UHGV virus genome: UHGV-0287771
Reading direction: 5' to 3' (one strand)
From: a virus
Length of the DNA: 25,755 nt
The position numbers were made by a program, and so were the translations under genes. Of this stretch, positions 8,289 through 18,047 are shown piece after piece. The notes below the pieces were generated by a model, which worked only from the letters and a program-made list of their open reading frames with translations, had not been told where the DNA came from and searched no databases. Numbering within the stretch: the first letter of the stretch is position 1; each line of letters opens with the position of its first letter.

Positions 8289-10487
8289 ATGGCAGAAAAA
8301 AAGATGACTGACTGGCATCGCAAGGTGCTGTGCAACTTTGATAATGCCTGGTCAGCAACGCAGGATATGCGTGAGCAGATTATTGAGGCTCAACGTTTCG
8401 TCCGGGTGTCCGGCGCACAGTGGGAAGGCAGCACAAACGCTGGTTACTCATTTGATGAAGGCAGGTTTGAGCATTACCCGCGCTTTGAACTGAATAAGAT
8501 TGCCCGTGAATGTGATCGCATCATTGGCGAGTATCGACAGAATCGCATCAGCGTTAAATTCAGGCCGAAGGACGATAAGGCATCGGAAGCGTTAGCCGAA
8601 AAGATGAACGGCAAATTCCGCGCTGACTATCAGGAAACATCCGGTGGCGAAGCGTGTGATAACGCATTTGATGATGCTGTAACGGGCGGATTCGGTTGTT
8701 TCCGCATGTGTGCCGATTACGAAGATGAAATGGATCCGAGTAACGAGCAGCGACGCATCAGCCTTCTTCCTGTTTACGACCCAGCGACATGCGTCTTCTT
8801 CGATCAGGACAGCAAGCAATATGACCGCTCTGATGCTATGTGGGCTATGGAAATGTTCTCCATGACGCCCAAAGCGTTCGAGGCTGAATACCCTGATTCC
8901 ATCGCTGCAAGCCTTTCTCGTGATGACACTGGCACTCAATATGACTGGTCAACGCCTGACGCCATCTATGTTGGACGTTACTACGAAGTCCGCATAGAGA
9001 AGGTGAAGCTCACGGCGTGGCGTAACCCTGTTAGCGGAGAAACGGCAATCTATGATGAAGAGCAAATCAAAGATATTGTCGACGAGCTGACCGATGGTGC
9101 ATTCGAACTGATTGGCGAGCGAACGGTGAAGAAACGCCGAGTTTATTGCGGTCTTCTGTCTGGCGCTGAATGGCTGGAAGAACCGAAGCGTATTCCGGGC
9201 GAACATATTCCTCTCATCCCGGTATATGGGCGTCGTTCATTTGTTGATAATCAGGAGCGAATCGAAGGCCACGCAGCAAAAGCGATGGATGCACAGCGTC
9301 TTGAGAACCTGATGGTTTCCATGATTGCAGATAATGCTACTCAGGCTGGCGGTGATGGCATTCCTATCGTGGATGTTGATTTCATTCCCGGTCCATTAAT
9401 GAATCACTGGGCAGAGAGGAATAAGAAAAGACCTGCAGTTCTTCCCATGACCAGCAAGAAGGACAAAAACGGAACGGTCATTTCAGAAGCTCAGGTTGCT
9501 GGCTGGACACCTCCGACACAAATGCCTCCTGCTCTTGCCGGGCTATTGCAGTACACCGGAACTGCTATTCAGCAAATTACAGGCGCGTCGCAGCTTGAGA
9601 ACATGCCGAGCAACGTCGCTACTGATACCGTTGATAGCATCTTTAACCGGATGGATACGCAGTCCTATATCTACATGGACAACATGGCTAAATCCATGCG
9701 TCGCGCTGGCGTTGTGTGGCTTTCTATGGCGCGTGAAGTCTATGGCAGCGATACGCCGATGCGTATCGTTAATGAGGACGGCAGCGATGACGTGGCGCTG
9801 ATGACTGGTGAAGTGATTGACCGTCAGACAGGGCAGGTTATCGCGCTTAACGACCTTTCGCAGGGTAACTATGAAGTGACTGTCGATGTTGGTCAGTCGT
9901 TCGCTACTCGCCGTGATGCAACGGTTAAGTCGTTACTTTCCATGCTGGCACTTATCCCGCCAGGAACGCCGAAGCATGACCTTGTATCGTCGATGATTCT
10001 CGACAATATGGACGGCGAAGGGATGGAGGACCTTAAAGAATACAACCGCAATCAGTTGCTTCTGTCTGGCGTTATCAAGCCGAGAACGCCAGAAGAGCAG
10101 CAAATGGTTGAGCAGGCGAAACAACAACAGGCCAGTCAGCCAGATCCGGCTATGGTTGCTGCGCAAGGTCAGCTTCTTGCTGGTCAGGCTGAATTGCAGA
10201 AAGCGCAGAACGAACAGGCAGCCATTCAGGTTAAAGCATTCCAGGCACAGACTGATGCTCAGGTTGCAGCGGCAAATGTTGTGAAAATCCTCGCATCTGC
10301 CGATAGCCAGCAGAAATCTGATATCCGCGAGGCTCTGAAACTGCTCGGACAGTTCCAGCAACAGCAAGGAGACAATGCCCGTGCTGATGCAGAGCTTGTC
10401 CTGAAAAGTCAGGCACAGGGCCATGCGCAGCGCATGGACATCAGCAGCATCCTGCAAAAACCAACTCAGCAACAACCACAGCAGTAA
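8289..10487 (+). CDS. portal protein (P22 gp1-like)
   Basis: 732 aa; segments VKKRRVY...GEHIPLIPVYG and the C-terminal Gln-rich helical barrel (AMVAAQGQLLAGQAELQKAQNEQ...QRMDISSILQK) match recalled P22 portal. Confidence 0.9.
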   Translation: MAEKKMTDWHRKVLCNFDNAWSATQDMREQIIEAQRFVRVSGAQWEGSTNAGYSFDEGRFEHYPRFELNKIARECDRIIGEYRQNRISVKFRPKDDKASEALAEKMNGKFRADYQETSGGEACDNAFDDAVTGGFGCFRMCADYEDEMDPSNEQRRISLLPVYDPATCVFFDQDSKQYDRSDAMWAMEMFSMTPKAFEAEYPDSIAASLSRDDTGTQYDWSTPDAIYVGRYYEVRIEKVKLTAWRNPVSGETAIYDEEQIKDIVDELTDGAFELIGERTVKKRRVYCGLLSGAEWLEEPKRIPGEHIPLIPVYGRRSFVDNQERIEGHAAKAMDAQRLENLMVSMIADNATQAGGDGIPIVDVDFIPGPLMNHWAERNKKRPAVLPMTSKKDKNGTVISEAQVAGWTPPTQMPPALAGLLQYTGTAIQQITGASQLENMPSNVATDTVDSIFNRMDTQSYIYMDNMAKSMRRAGVVWLSMAREVYGSDTPMRIVNEDGSDDVALMTGEVIDRQTGQVIALNDLSQGNYEVTVDVGQSFATRRDATVKSLLSMLALIPPGTPKHDLVSSMILDNMDGEGMEDLKEYNRNQLLLSGVIKPRTPEEQQMVEQAKQQQASQPDPAMVAAQGQLLAGQAELQKAQNEQAAIQVKAFQAQTDAQVAAANVVKILASADSQQKSDIREALKLLGQFQQQQGDNARADAELVLKSQAQGHAQRMDISSILQKPTQQQPQQ

Positions 10488-10577
10488 TTAACCCATAACG
10501 TGCAATGGCTGTCTTTATGAGGCCTGGCAACCTATTGCCTTCCGATGGGCTGAACATCGAGTAAACAGGGGTAACAA

Positions 10578-11471
10578 ATGGACCAGATGGCAGAAAACAC
10601 ACCAGAAGTTGAAATCGAAACCGACGCGTCAGAGCAGATTCCTGATGATGCCGAACTGGCTGAAGAAGTCGAAACAGAAGATGGCAGTGAGTCCTCCGGC
10701 AATGATGCAGAGGAAGCTACTGAAACTGATGACGACGAATCAGAACAGGAATTCTACTTTGGTGACGAAAAGCTGGATTCGCCAACCAGCGAAGATGGCG
10801 CAGAGCATGGACTGGTAAAACACCTGCGCAAGACGATTAAAGAGAAAGACCGCGAGCTGAAAGAGCTGATGCGTCAGTCTCAGAAACCCGTCGAGCAGCA
10901 GCCGGTAATCACTCAACCACCGCGAATGCCAAAACTGGATGATGAGGACATCGGTTTCGATGAAGAAATCTACCAGCAACGCATGGCTAAGTGGGCAGAG
11001 GATAACGGCAAGTACCAGCAACAGGAGATGGCTCGCAAGCAGAAGGAGCAGGAGCTTCAGGCTGCCTATCAAGAGCGATTATCCAAATATCAGCAACGTG
11101 TTAAGGCTCTCAAAGTTCCTGGCTATCAGGAAGCTGAGCAGGCCGTACTCGAGGAAATCCCCATCGAGACACAAAACGCGATCTTGTTTGAGTCAGAGAA
11201 GCCGGAAATCGTTGTTCTGGCACTCGGTCGCAACGCTGAACTGCGCAAGCAACTGGCAGAAGCTACCAACCCCGTAGCAATTGGTCGTCTGCTGGAACGT
11301 ATCGAATCGAAGGCCAGAATCATGCCAAAAGCAAAAACCACGGCAGCCACAACCCCGACAGTTAAGGGGAGCAACGGCGCAGTAATCAACAACCTCGACA
11401 AACTGAAAGCCAAGGCGCTGGAAACTGGTGACTGGACGCCGTATTTCGCCGCCAAAAAGGCAAAAAAATAA
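10578..11471 (+). CDS. scaffolding protein
   Basis: 297 aa, very acidic N-terminus, extended coiled-coil character, basic C-terminal tail (AAKKAKK); between portal and coat as in P22 gp8. Confidence 0.75.
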   Translation: MDQMAENTPEVEIETDASEQIPDDAELAEEVETEDGSESSGNDAEEATETDDDESEQEFYFGDEKLDSPTSEDGAEHGLVKHLRKTIKEKDRELKELMRQSQKPVEQQPVITQPPRMPKLDDEDIGFDEEIYQQRMAKWAEDNGKYQQQEMARKQKEQELQAAYQERLSKYQQRVKALKVPGYQEAEQAVLEEIPIETQNAILFESEKPEIVVLALGRNAELRKQLAEATNPVAIGRLLERIESKARIMPKAKTTAATTPTVKGSNGAVINNLDKLKAKALETGDWTPYFAAKKAKK

Positions 11472-11489
11472 CCTATCGGAGCATTAAGC

Positions 11490-12755
11490 ATGCCTAACCA
11501 ATTAGCAAAAGACCTTGAAATCATGTTCGAAAACTACGTTGAAGGCTTTGAGGCCGCCTGCGTAGTTTCCCGTAACGCTAAAAAATTCCGTCCCGGTGAT
11601 ACAGCAATGCAGCGAGCAGGTGATGTTCTGTATCGTCCGCAGCATTACCACATGAACATTGAGGAAGGCCTCGACCTCAGCGGAAAAACGCCTACAGCAC
11701 TGGTTCAGCGCCTTGTTCCTTCTGTGTTCAAGGAGCCGAAAAACATTCTGTACACTCTGGATGCGCGTGAAATGCGTGACCCGGAACATAAAACTGAAGC
11801 TGGTCGCGCCGCAGGTATGCGCCTTGCTGCACAGATTGACTCTGACCTGATTTCCATGGTTACGCAGCGTGCTACTAACGTGATCACAATGTCTGACTCA
11901 ACCACAGGTACGCAGGGCCGTGATTTGTGGAACTGTGCGGCAGGTATTGATGCCACCATGACGGCGATTGGTGTACCGCAGGGTATCAACCGTCGCTCTT
12001 TCTGGAACCCCTTCAACTACAAAGACCTTGCTGGCGAGCTTGGTCACCGTGCCTACGCTCAGGGCGCAACCCTGACAGCATACGAAAAAGCGCAGATCCC
12101 TCCGGTTGCTTCCTTTGATAGCTACAAGACCGATATTTCCGGTCGATTGCCGAAGGCTGCAACAGTTGAAAATACCATTACGCTGGCAGAAGCACCCGCG
12201 CACAAGGTTGAAGCGAAAGATGTTAACGGCATGCCAGTTGATAACCGACAGGGCACGATTAAGATATCTGCTAAATCCTTGCAGGTTGGCGATGCGTTTA
12301 CCATCGCAGGTGTGAATTCCGTACACCAGATCACCAAAGATACCACCGGGCAACCGCAGGTATTCCGCGTTCTGGCAGTAGACACAGCAGGAACCACCGT
12401 AACAATCTCTCCGAAAATTCTGCCGCCTAACAACACGGATGAAGCCAGCCGTCCATATGCAAACGTCGATGCTAATGCGGCAAGTGGCGCAGCAATCACC
12501 GTTCTCAACAAGAATGCCGCACCGGCTAACCTGTTCTGGGCTGATGGTTCTGTTGAGCTGATGTACGGCAAACTGGCGTTCCCGACTGGTCAGGGTCCAC
12601 AGGTAATGACAGCAACCACCGAGCAGGGCGCTACGCTGATCATGTCTTACGCCTTCGACCACATCAAAGGTGTAACCACTGCGCGTTTCACCACCCTGTA
12701 CGGTTGCTCTGTACTTGTTCCTGAATATACGGGCATCGTTATTGCCGGGCAGTAA
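11490..12755 (+). CDS. major capsid (coat) protein, P22 gp5-like
   Basis: 421 aa; segments resembling recalled P22 coat (KKFRPGDTAMQRAGDV vs KKYTPPAASMQRSS; NLFWADGS vs NVFWADDA); strong terminator directly downstream. Confidence 0.85.
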   Translation: MPNQLAKDLEIMFENYVEGFEAACVVSRNAKKFRPGDTAMQRAGDVLYRPQHYHMNIEEGLDLSGKTPTALVQRLVPSVFKEPKNILYTLDAREMRDPEHKTEAGRAAGMRLAAQIDSDLISMVTQRATNVITMSDSTTGTQGRDLWNCAAGIDATMTAIGVPQGINRRSFWNPFNYKDLAGELGHRAYAQGATLTAYEKAQIPPVASFDSYKTDISGRLPKAATVENTITLAEAPAHKVEAKDVNGMPVDNRQGTIKISAKSLQVGDAFTIAGVNSVHQITKDTTGQPQVFRVLAVDTAGTTVTISPKILPPNNTDEASRPYANVDANAASGAAITVLNKNAAPANLFWADGSVELMYGKLAFPTGQGPQVMTATTEQGATLIMSYAFDHIKGVTTARFTTLYGCSVLVPEYTGIVIAGQ

Positions 12756-12762
12756 TTTTGGT

Positions 12763-12785
12763 GGGGCTTCGGCCCCATTTTTATT
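12763..12785 (+). terminator. intrinsic terminator after the coat gene
   Basis: GGGGC-TTCG-GCCCC hairpin (12763-12776) followed by TTTTTATT. Confidence 0.6.
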
Positions 12786-12796
12786 GGGAGAAGACA

Positions 12797-12985
12797 ATGG
12801 CACGAACAATGCTCTATAAGCCTGGCAACATGATCACCTGTGGTCAGTTTGTTGTCGATTACATCATTGTTGATGACGAAGAAGTTAAATCTCACCTGAA
12901 AAAAGGTTGGGTAAAAACTCCTGAAGAAACCGCAACGAAGCAAAAAGTGGCTAAGGCGGAAGAAGATGGCGAAAACGAAGGGTGA
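12797..12985 (+). CDS. hypothetical small protein (62 aa from ATG 12797)
   Basis: SD GGGAGAAG 6 nt upstream of ATG 12797; overlaps the gp4-like start; the ORF-track start at 12758 falls inside the terminator hairpin and is rejected. Confidence 0.4.
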   Translation: MARTMLYKPGNMITCGQFVVDYIIVDDEEVKSHLKKGWVKTPEETATKQKVAKAEEDGENEG

Positions 12986-13427
12986 TCTCGTTCTAAAGGC
13001 TTTACGAAAAGCCGGGCTGTATTCCAATGCCACGTTGACAGATGCTGACCCTCAGGAAATTGAAGATGCCATTAATGACCTCGAAGACATGATGGCAGCA
13101 TGGCAGGCGAAAGGCATCGAACTTGGATATCAGTTTGCTGATACAGAAAACGGCATCATGCCGTTACCTGATGATGATTCCGGTATCCCTGCATGGGCAA
13201 ATGATGGCGTCGCTTTGAAACTCGCTGTGCAAGTGTGCATGGATAACGTCATTCAGCCGTCAGACGCTCTCCTTACCGCTGCTGACAGTGCATATCAGAC
13301 AATCTGCATCGTTTTAACCAAAATACCACCACTTGAGCGGCGAAATGACATGCCTCGCGGTAGTGGTAACAAAAGCGCGTTTACGTGGAATCGGTTTTAC
13401 ATCGAGAAAGATGATCCGAGTACGTGA
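12966..13427 (+). CDS. head completion / tail accessory factor, P22 gp4-like
   Basis: 153 aa; N-terminus TKGDLVLKALRKAGLYSNATLTD...EIEDAINDLEDMMAAW resembles recalled P22 gp4; correct position after coat. Confidence 0.75.
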   Translation: MAKTKGDLVLKALRKAGLYSNATLTDADPQEIEDAINDLEDMMAAWQAKGIELGYQFADTENGIMPLPDDDSGIPAWANDGVALKLAVQVCMDNVIQPSDALLTAADSAYQTICIVLTKIPPLERRNDMPRGSGNKSAFTWNRFYIEKDDPST

Positions 13428-13436
13428 GGTGAATAA

Positions 13437-14855
13437 ATGCCGATTCAGCAACTTCCACTCATGAAAGGCGTCGGCAAAGACTTTCGAAACGCCGACTATA
13501 TCGACTATCTGCCAGTGAATATGCTGGCTACACCCAAAGAAATCCTGAACAGCAGCGGATATCTTCGCTCATTCCCGGGCATAGCCAAACGTTCTGATGT
13601 GAACGGCGTATCGCGAGGCGTCGAGTACAACATGGCGCAGAATGCTGTTTATCGCGTGTGTGGTGGCAAGCTGTATAAGGGCGAAAGCGAGGTTGGTGAT
13701 GTTACCGGAAGTGGTCGCGTATCAATGGCGCATGGTCGAACATCACAGGCGGTAGGCGTTAATGGTCAACTGGTCGAGTATCGCTATGATGGCACGGTTA
13801 AAACCGTCTCAAACTGGCCTGCAGATAGCGGATTCACTCAGTATGAGTTAGGTTCGGTTCGTGACATTACGCGCTTACGTGGGCGTTATGCGTGGTCAAA
13901 AGACGGAACTGATTCATGGTTTATCACTGACCTTGAAGACGAATCGCATCCTGACCGTTACAGCGCACAATATCGTGCCGAGTCTCAGCCGGACGGTATC
14001 ATCGGTATCGGGACATGGCGAGACTTCATCGTCTGCTTTGGTTCATCGACGATTGAATATTTTTCCCTGACTGGCGCAACCACCGTTGGTGCTGCTTTGT
14101 ATGTCGCACAGCCATCACTGATGGTGCAAAAAGGCATCGCCGGGACTTACTGCAAAACGCCGTTTGCTGATTCGTATGCGTTCATCAGCAATCCGGCAAC
14201 GGGTGCGCCGTCTGTATACATCATCGGCTCCGGTCAGGTGTCACCAATCGCCAGCGCGAGCATTGAGAAAATCCTCCGCTCCTACACTGCTGATGAACTG
14301 GCTGATGGTGTGATGGAATCGCTGCGATTTGATGCTCATGAGTTGCTGATTATCCACCTTCCGCGCCATGTTCTCGTGTACGACGCATCTTCAAGCGCCA
14401 ATGGTCCGCAATGGTGTGTACTGAAAACAGGCCTGTATGACGATGTGTACCGCGCTATCGACTTCATTTACGAAGGCAATCAAATAACGTGCGGCGATAA
14501 GCTGGAGTCCGTGACCGGGAAATTGCAGTTCGATATCAGCAGCCAGTACGACAAGCAACAGGAACACCTGCTGTTTACTCCACTGTTCAAAGCGGATAAC
14601 GCCAGAGTGTTCGACCTTGAGGTTGAATCGTCAACTGGCGTTGCGCAGTATGCTGACCGCCTTTTTCTCTCTGCAACCACTGACGGCATCAATTACGGAC
14701 GTGAGCAGATGATTGAGCAGAATGAACCGTTCGTTTACGACAAACGCGTTTTGTGGAAGAAAGTAGGGCGCATCAGGAAAAACATTGGCTTCAAATTGCG
14801 CGTTATCACGAAGTCACCTGTCACTCTGTCTGGTGCTCAGATAAGGATTGAGTAA
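13437..14855 (+). CDS. tail accessory factor / tail hub protein, P22 gp10-like
   Basis: 472 aa, same length as recalled P22 gp10 and in the same syntenic position. Confidence 0.75.
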   Translation: MPIQQLPLMKGVGKDFRNADYIDYLPVNMLATPKEILNSSGYLRSFPGIAKRSDVNGVSRGVEYNMAQNAVYRVCGGKLYKGESEVGDVTGSGRVSMAHGRTSQAVGVNGQLVEYRYDGTVKTVSNWPADSGFTQYELGSVRDITRLRGRYAWSKDGTDSWFITDLEDESHPDRYSAQYRAESQPDGIIGIGTWRDFIVCFGSSTIEYFSLTGATTVGAALYVAQPSLMVQKGIAGTYCKTPFADSYAFISNPATGAPSVYIIGSGQVSPIASASIEKILRSYTADELADGVMESLRFDAHELLIIHLPRHVLVYDASSSANGPQWCVLKTGLYDDVYRAIDFIYEGNQITCGDKLESVTGKLQFDISSQYDKQQEHLLFTPLFKADNARVFDLEVESSTGVAQYADRLFLSATTDGINYGREQMIEQNEPFVYDKRVLWKKVGRIRKNIGFKLRVITKSPVTLSGAQIRIE

Positions 14856-15556
14856 TGGCTGATTCGAATCTCAACACCCCTGTTATTGTGCAGGCGACGC
14901 GGCTCGATACATCAATCCTTCCACGCAATATATTCAGCCAGTCTTACCTGCTGTATGTCATTAATCAGGGGGCTGATGTCGGCGCAATTGCCGGGAAGGC
15001 AAATCAGGCTGGTCAGGGCGCTTACGATGCTCAGGTGAAAAACGATGAACAGGACGTCGAACTGGCTGATCACGACGCAAGAATCACCGCAAACACAAAA
15101 GCGATAAATCTACTTGAGGTCAGGTTAACAACTGCCGAAGGGAAGATAGTCGTACTGCGTAGCGATGTTGATTACTTGCTGGATGAGGTTATCGATATTC
15201 AGGCGCATCTGGTCACTGTTGACCAAAGACTGGATGACGTAGAAAACGATGTCTCTGGCATTAAGAGTGATTACGTATCGAAAACCGTAACCGAATTGCA
15301 GTCTCTTGAATCACCGCTGGATGTAAAAACATCATATTCAGTTGATGGAATTCAGGTTGTTGGAGCAAGAAATACCGGATGGACTGCAGCCACAGGTACG
15401 CCACTTCTTGGCTCATTCAACGCTAACCAGTCATACACTGTCGGCACTACGTACACGCAATCCGAAGTCGCAGCTCTCGCTACAGGTTTGCAGCAGGCGC
15501 GGCAGCGTATTCTGGCGCTTGAAACAGCACTTAGATTACATGGGCTGATTGACTGA
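14855..15556 (+). CDS. tail needle protein, P22 gp26-like (trimeric coiled coil)
   Basis: 233 aa; N-terminus [39 protein letters not shown] and C-terminus [23 protein letters not shown] match recalled gp26; heptad-like repeats in the middle. Confidence 0.85.
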   Translation: MADSNLNTPVIVQATRLDTSILPRNIFSQSYLLYVINQGADVGAIAGKANQAGQGAYDAQVKNDEQDVELADHDARITANTKAINLLEVRLTTAEGKIVVLRSDVDYLLDEVIDIQAHLVTVDQRLDDVENDVSGIKSDYVSKTVTELQSLESPLDVKTSYSVDGIQVVGARNTGWTAATGTPLLGSFNANQSYTVGTTYTQSEVAALATGLQQARQRILALETALRLHGLID

Positions 15557-16011
15557 TGATTACATTCAAACCAACGCGAAACATCGACCTGATCGAAGCA
15601 GTCGGAAATCACCCTGACATTATTGCCGGGAGCAACAACGGTGATGGATACGACTACAAGCCTGAATGCCGTTACTTTGAGGTGAACGTGCACGGGCAGT
15701 TCGGCGGCATTGTTTACTATCAGGAGATTCAGCCGCTGACATTCGATTGCCACGCCATGTACCTGCCAGAGATTCGCGGCTTCAGTAAGGAAATCGGGCT
15801 GACGTTCTGGCGATACATTCTGACTAACACCACCGTTCAGTGCGTCACATCGTTCGCTGCGCGCAAATTCCGCCACGGGCAGATGTACTGTGCAATGATT
15901 GGCCTTAAGCGTGTCGGAACCATCAAGAAATACTTTAAAGGCGTGGATGACGTGACTTTTTACAGCGCCACACGCGAAGAACTAATCGACTTCCTGAAGC
16001 ACGGGAGATAG
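15556..16011 (+). CDS. gp14-like protein (by position)
   Basis: 151-aa ORF between the needle and ejection-protein genes, the slot of P22 gene 14; no sequence recognition. Confidence 0.5.
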   Translation: MITFKPTRNIDLIEAVGNHPDIIAGSNNGDGYDYKPECRYFEVNVHGQFGGIVYYQEIQPLTFDCHAMYLPEIRGFSKEIGLTFWRYILTNTTVQCVTSFAARKFRHGQMYCAMIGLKRVGTIKKYFKGVDDVTFYSATREELIDFLKHGR

Positions 16012-16013
16012 CC

Positions 16014-16706
16014 ATGTTATATGCATTTAAGCTGGGCAGAAAACTGCGCGGCGAGGAACCTTATTGCCCTGAAAAAGGCGGGAAAGGTGGCAGTTCTGAT
16101 AAAAGCGCAAAGTATGCTGCAGAAGCCCAGAAGCATGCTGCAGACCTGCAAAATCAGCAGTGGCAGACGATCATGAAAAACCTTGCTCCGTTTACGCCTC
16201 TTGCGGAGCAGTATGTTAACCAGCTTCAGAACCTTTCCAGTTTAGAAGGTCAGGGGCAGGCACTTAATCAGTATTACAACTCTAAGCAGTATAAAGACCT
16301 TGCAGGGCAGGCGCGTTACCAGAGTCTTGCTGCTGCGGAGGCGACTGGTGGACTTGGTTCGACAGCCACAAGCAATCAACTGGCTACGATCGCGCCGACA
16401 CTCGGTCAGTCTTGGTTATCAAATCAGATGAGCAATTACAACAATCTGGCAAACGTTGGGCTTGGTGCGCTGCAAGGTCAGGCAAACGCCGGGCAGACGT
16501 ACGCCAACAACATGAGCAGCATTGCACAGCAAAGCGCAGCTCTTGCCGCTGCTAATGCCAATAAACCATCAAGTCTTCAGACTGCAATTAGCGGTGGCAC
16601 GTCTGGTGCGATTGCCGGTGCAGGTCTTGCCAGCCTTTTGGGAACATCAACGCCTTGGGGCGCTGGCATTGGTGCTGGTATCGGATTGCTTGGCTCGTTG
16701 TTTTAA
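16014..16706 (+). CDS. DNA ejection/internal protein, P22 gp7-like
   Basis: 230 aa; N-terminus MLYAFKLGRKLRGEEPYCPEKGGKGGSSD and Gly/Ala-rich C-terminal hydrophobic tail as recalled for gp7. Confidence 0.65.
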   Translation: MLYAFKLGRKLRGEEPYCPEKGGKGGSSDKSAKYAAEAQKHAADLQNQQWQTIMKNLAPFTPLAEQYVNQLQNLSSLEGQGQALNQYYNSKQYKDLAGQARYQSLAAAEATGGLGSTATSNQLATIAPTLGQSWLSNQMSNYNNLANVGLGALQGQANAGQTYANNMSSIAQQSAALAAANANKPSSLQTAISGGTSGAIAGAGLASLLGTSTPWGAGIGAGIGLLGSLF

Positions 16707-16715
16707 GGGGTAATC

Positions 16716-18047
16716 ATGGCTACTTGGCAAGGATCAAATGGCGGATTGTTGGCTGGTATCGGCGGCGTCAACTCAAACGCTCCGAGCGTAAATGACATCG
16801 GCAATACGCTTCAGCTTATCAGGCAGAACAATGATATTGAGCGTTCAGGCGCTAACAATGTTGGGCTGACTGCTTTGCAAGGCCTTTCAGGTATTGCGGG
16901 GGTGTTTCAGCAGGAAAAGCAGGCTCAGCGGCAGAAAGAATTTCAGCAGGCATACGCTAATGCTTATGCGTCTGGTGATCGCGGTGCTTTGCGTCAGTTA
17001 GCTACTCAATATCCAGACCAGATTGAATCCGTTCGTAAAGGCATGGGATTCATTGATGAAGAGCAGCGTAATTCTATCGGCACCTTAGCGGCTGGCGCAC
17101 GCCTTGCGTCATCGTCTCCAGAAGCAATGCAATCATGGCTGCAAAACAACGCCGGTGAGTTAGCTCGTGTTGGCGTTAATCCTCATGACGTCGCTCAGAT
17201 GTACCAACAGAACCCGCGGCAGTTCGGCGAATTTGTCGATCACCTGGGGATGAACAGTCTCGGGCCCGAAAAATACTTTGACCTACAGGATAAAATGCAG
17301 GGTCGCCAGGTTACCATGCGCGGTCAGGATCTGGATTCGCAAACCGCCGCTCGGAATCAGGCAATCACAATGCGCGGACAAGATATCCAGGCGAATTTAG
17401 GTCAGCAGCGCATTAATCTGGACGCAGAAACAAACCGCATTAACAACGAAAATAAGCGCCTTGACCGGATGCTATCAGCAGAAACTAACGACCTGAAGCG
17501 CCAGGAAATACAGAGCCGCATAGCAGCCAACAACCAGCAGTTGCAGCAGAAGCAGCAAGCGCTAAATGATGGCTACAAAGACGGCATCAACACCCTCACA
17601 ACCAGCATGTTCACTCTGAACGATATCGTTAGTTCTCCTTCACTTAAGAGCATTACAGGCTTACGTGGAGTAATCCCCAACGTTCCAGGCTCACAGGCTG
17701 CAGACACTCAGGCACGACTTGATACCTTTAAATCACAAGCATACCTGACAGCGGTTCAGGCCATGCGAGGCATGGGCGCACTTTCTGATGCCGAGGGCAA
17801 AAAGCTCGACCAGGCTGTTGGTTCGCTGCAGAACTCGCAGAGCGAGGAGTCCTTTCGTCGCAACGCTGGCGTCATCCTGAACACGCTCAACCAGAAGCGT
17901 AATGAGGCGGTTGGTAAGTACGTTCAGCAAAACGGTATCAAGCGAGTGGAAGCGCCTCAGGCTTCTATAGATTACCTGAAGCAGCACCCAGAGCTGTCAA
18001 TCGACTTCATTAATCGCTACGGATATCTTCCATCTTTGGGGCAGTAA
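16716..18047 (+). CDS. DNA ejection/internal protein, P22 gp20-like
   Basis: 443-aa ORF following gp7-like; Gln-rich helical composition; position. Confidence 0.6.
   Translation: MATWQGSNGGLLAGIGGVNSNAPSVNDIGNTLQLIRQNNDIERSGANNVGLTALQGLSGIAGVFQQEKQAQRQKEFQQAYANAYASGDRGALRQLATQYPDQIESVRKGMGFIDEEQRNSIGTLAAGARLASSSPEAMQSWLQNNAGELARVGVNPHDVAQMYQQNPRQFGEFVDHLGMNSLGPEKYFDLQDKMQGRQVTMRGQDLDSQTAARNQAITMRGQDIQANLGQQRINLDAETNRINNENKRLDRMLSAETNDLKRQEIQSRIAANNQQLQQKQQALNDGYKDGINTLTTSMFTLNDIVSSPSLKSITGLRGVIPNVPGSQAADTQARLDTFKSQAYLTAVQAMRGMGALSDAEGKKLDQAVGSLQNSQSEESFRRNAGVILNTLNQKRNEAVGKYVQQNGIKRVEAPQASIDYLKQHPELSIDFINRYGYLPSLGQ

Noticed and set aside
9933-10475. 180-aa minus-strand ORF (and other antisense ORFs at 8592-8939, 8949-9206, 7250-7600, 7781-8245, 15352-15876)
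   Set aside because: All are embedded antisense in well-supported structural genes (portal, terminase, needle/gp14) with no start context; most likely non-coding frame artefacts.
11898-12809. 303-aa minus-strand ORF
   Set aside because: Lies entirely antisense within the coat gene and the coat terminator; the coat reading frame has clear homology and context, so this is treated as a shadow ORF.
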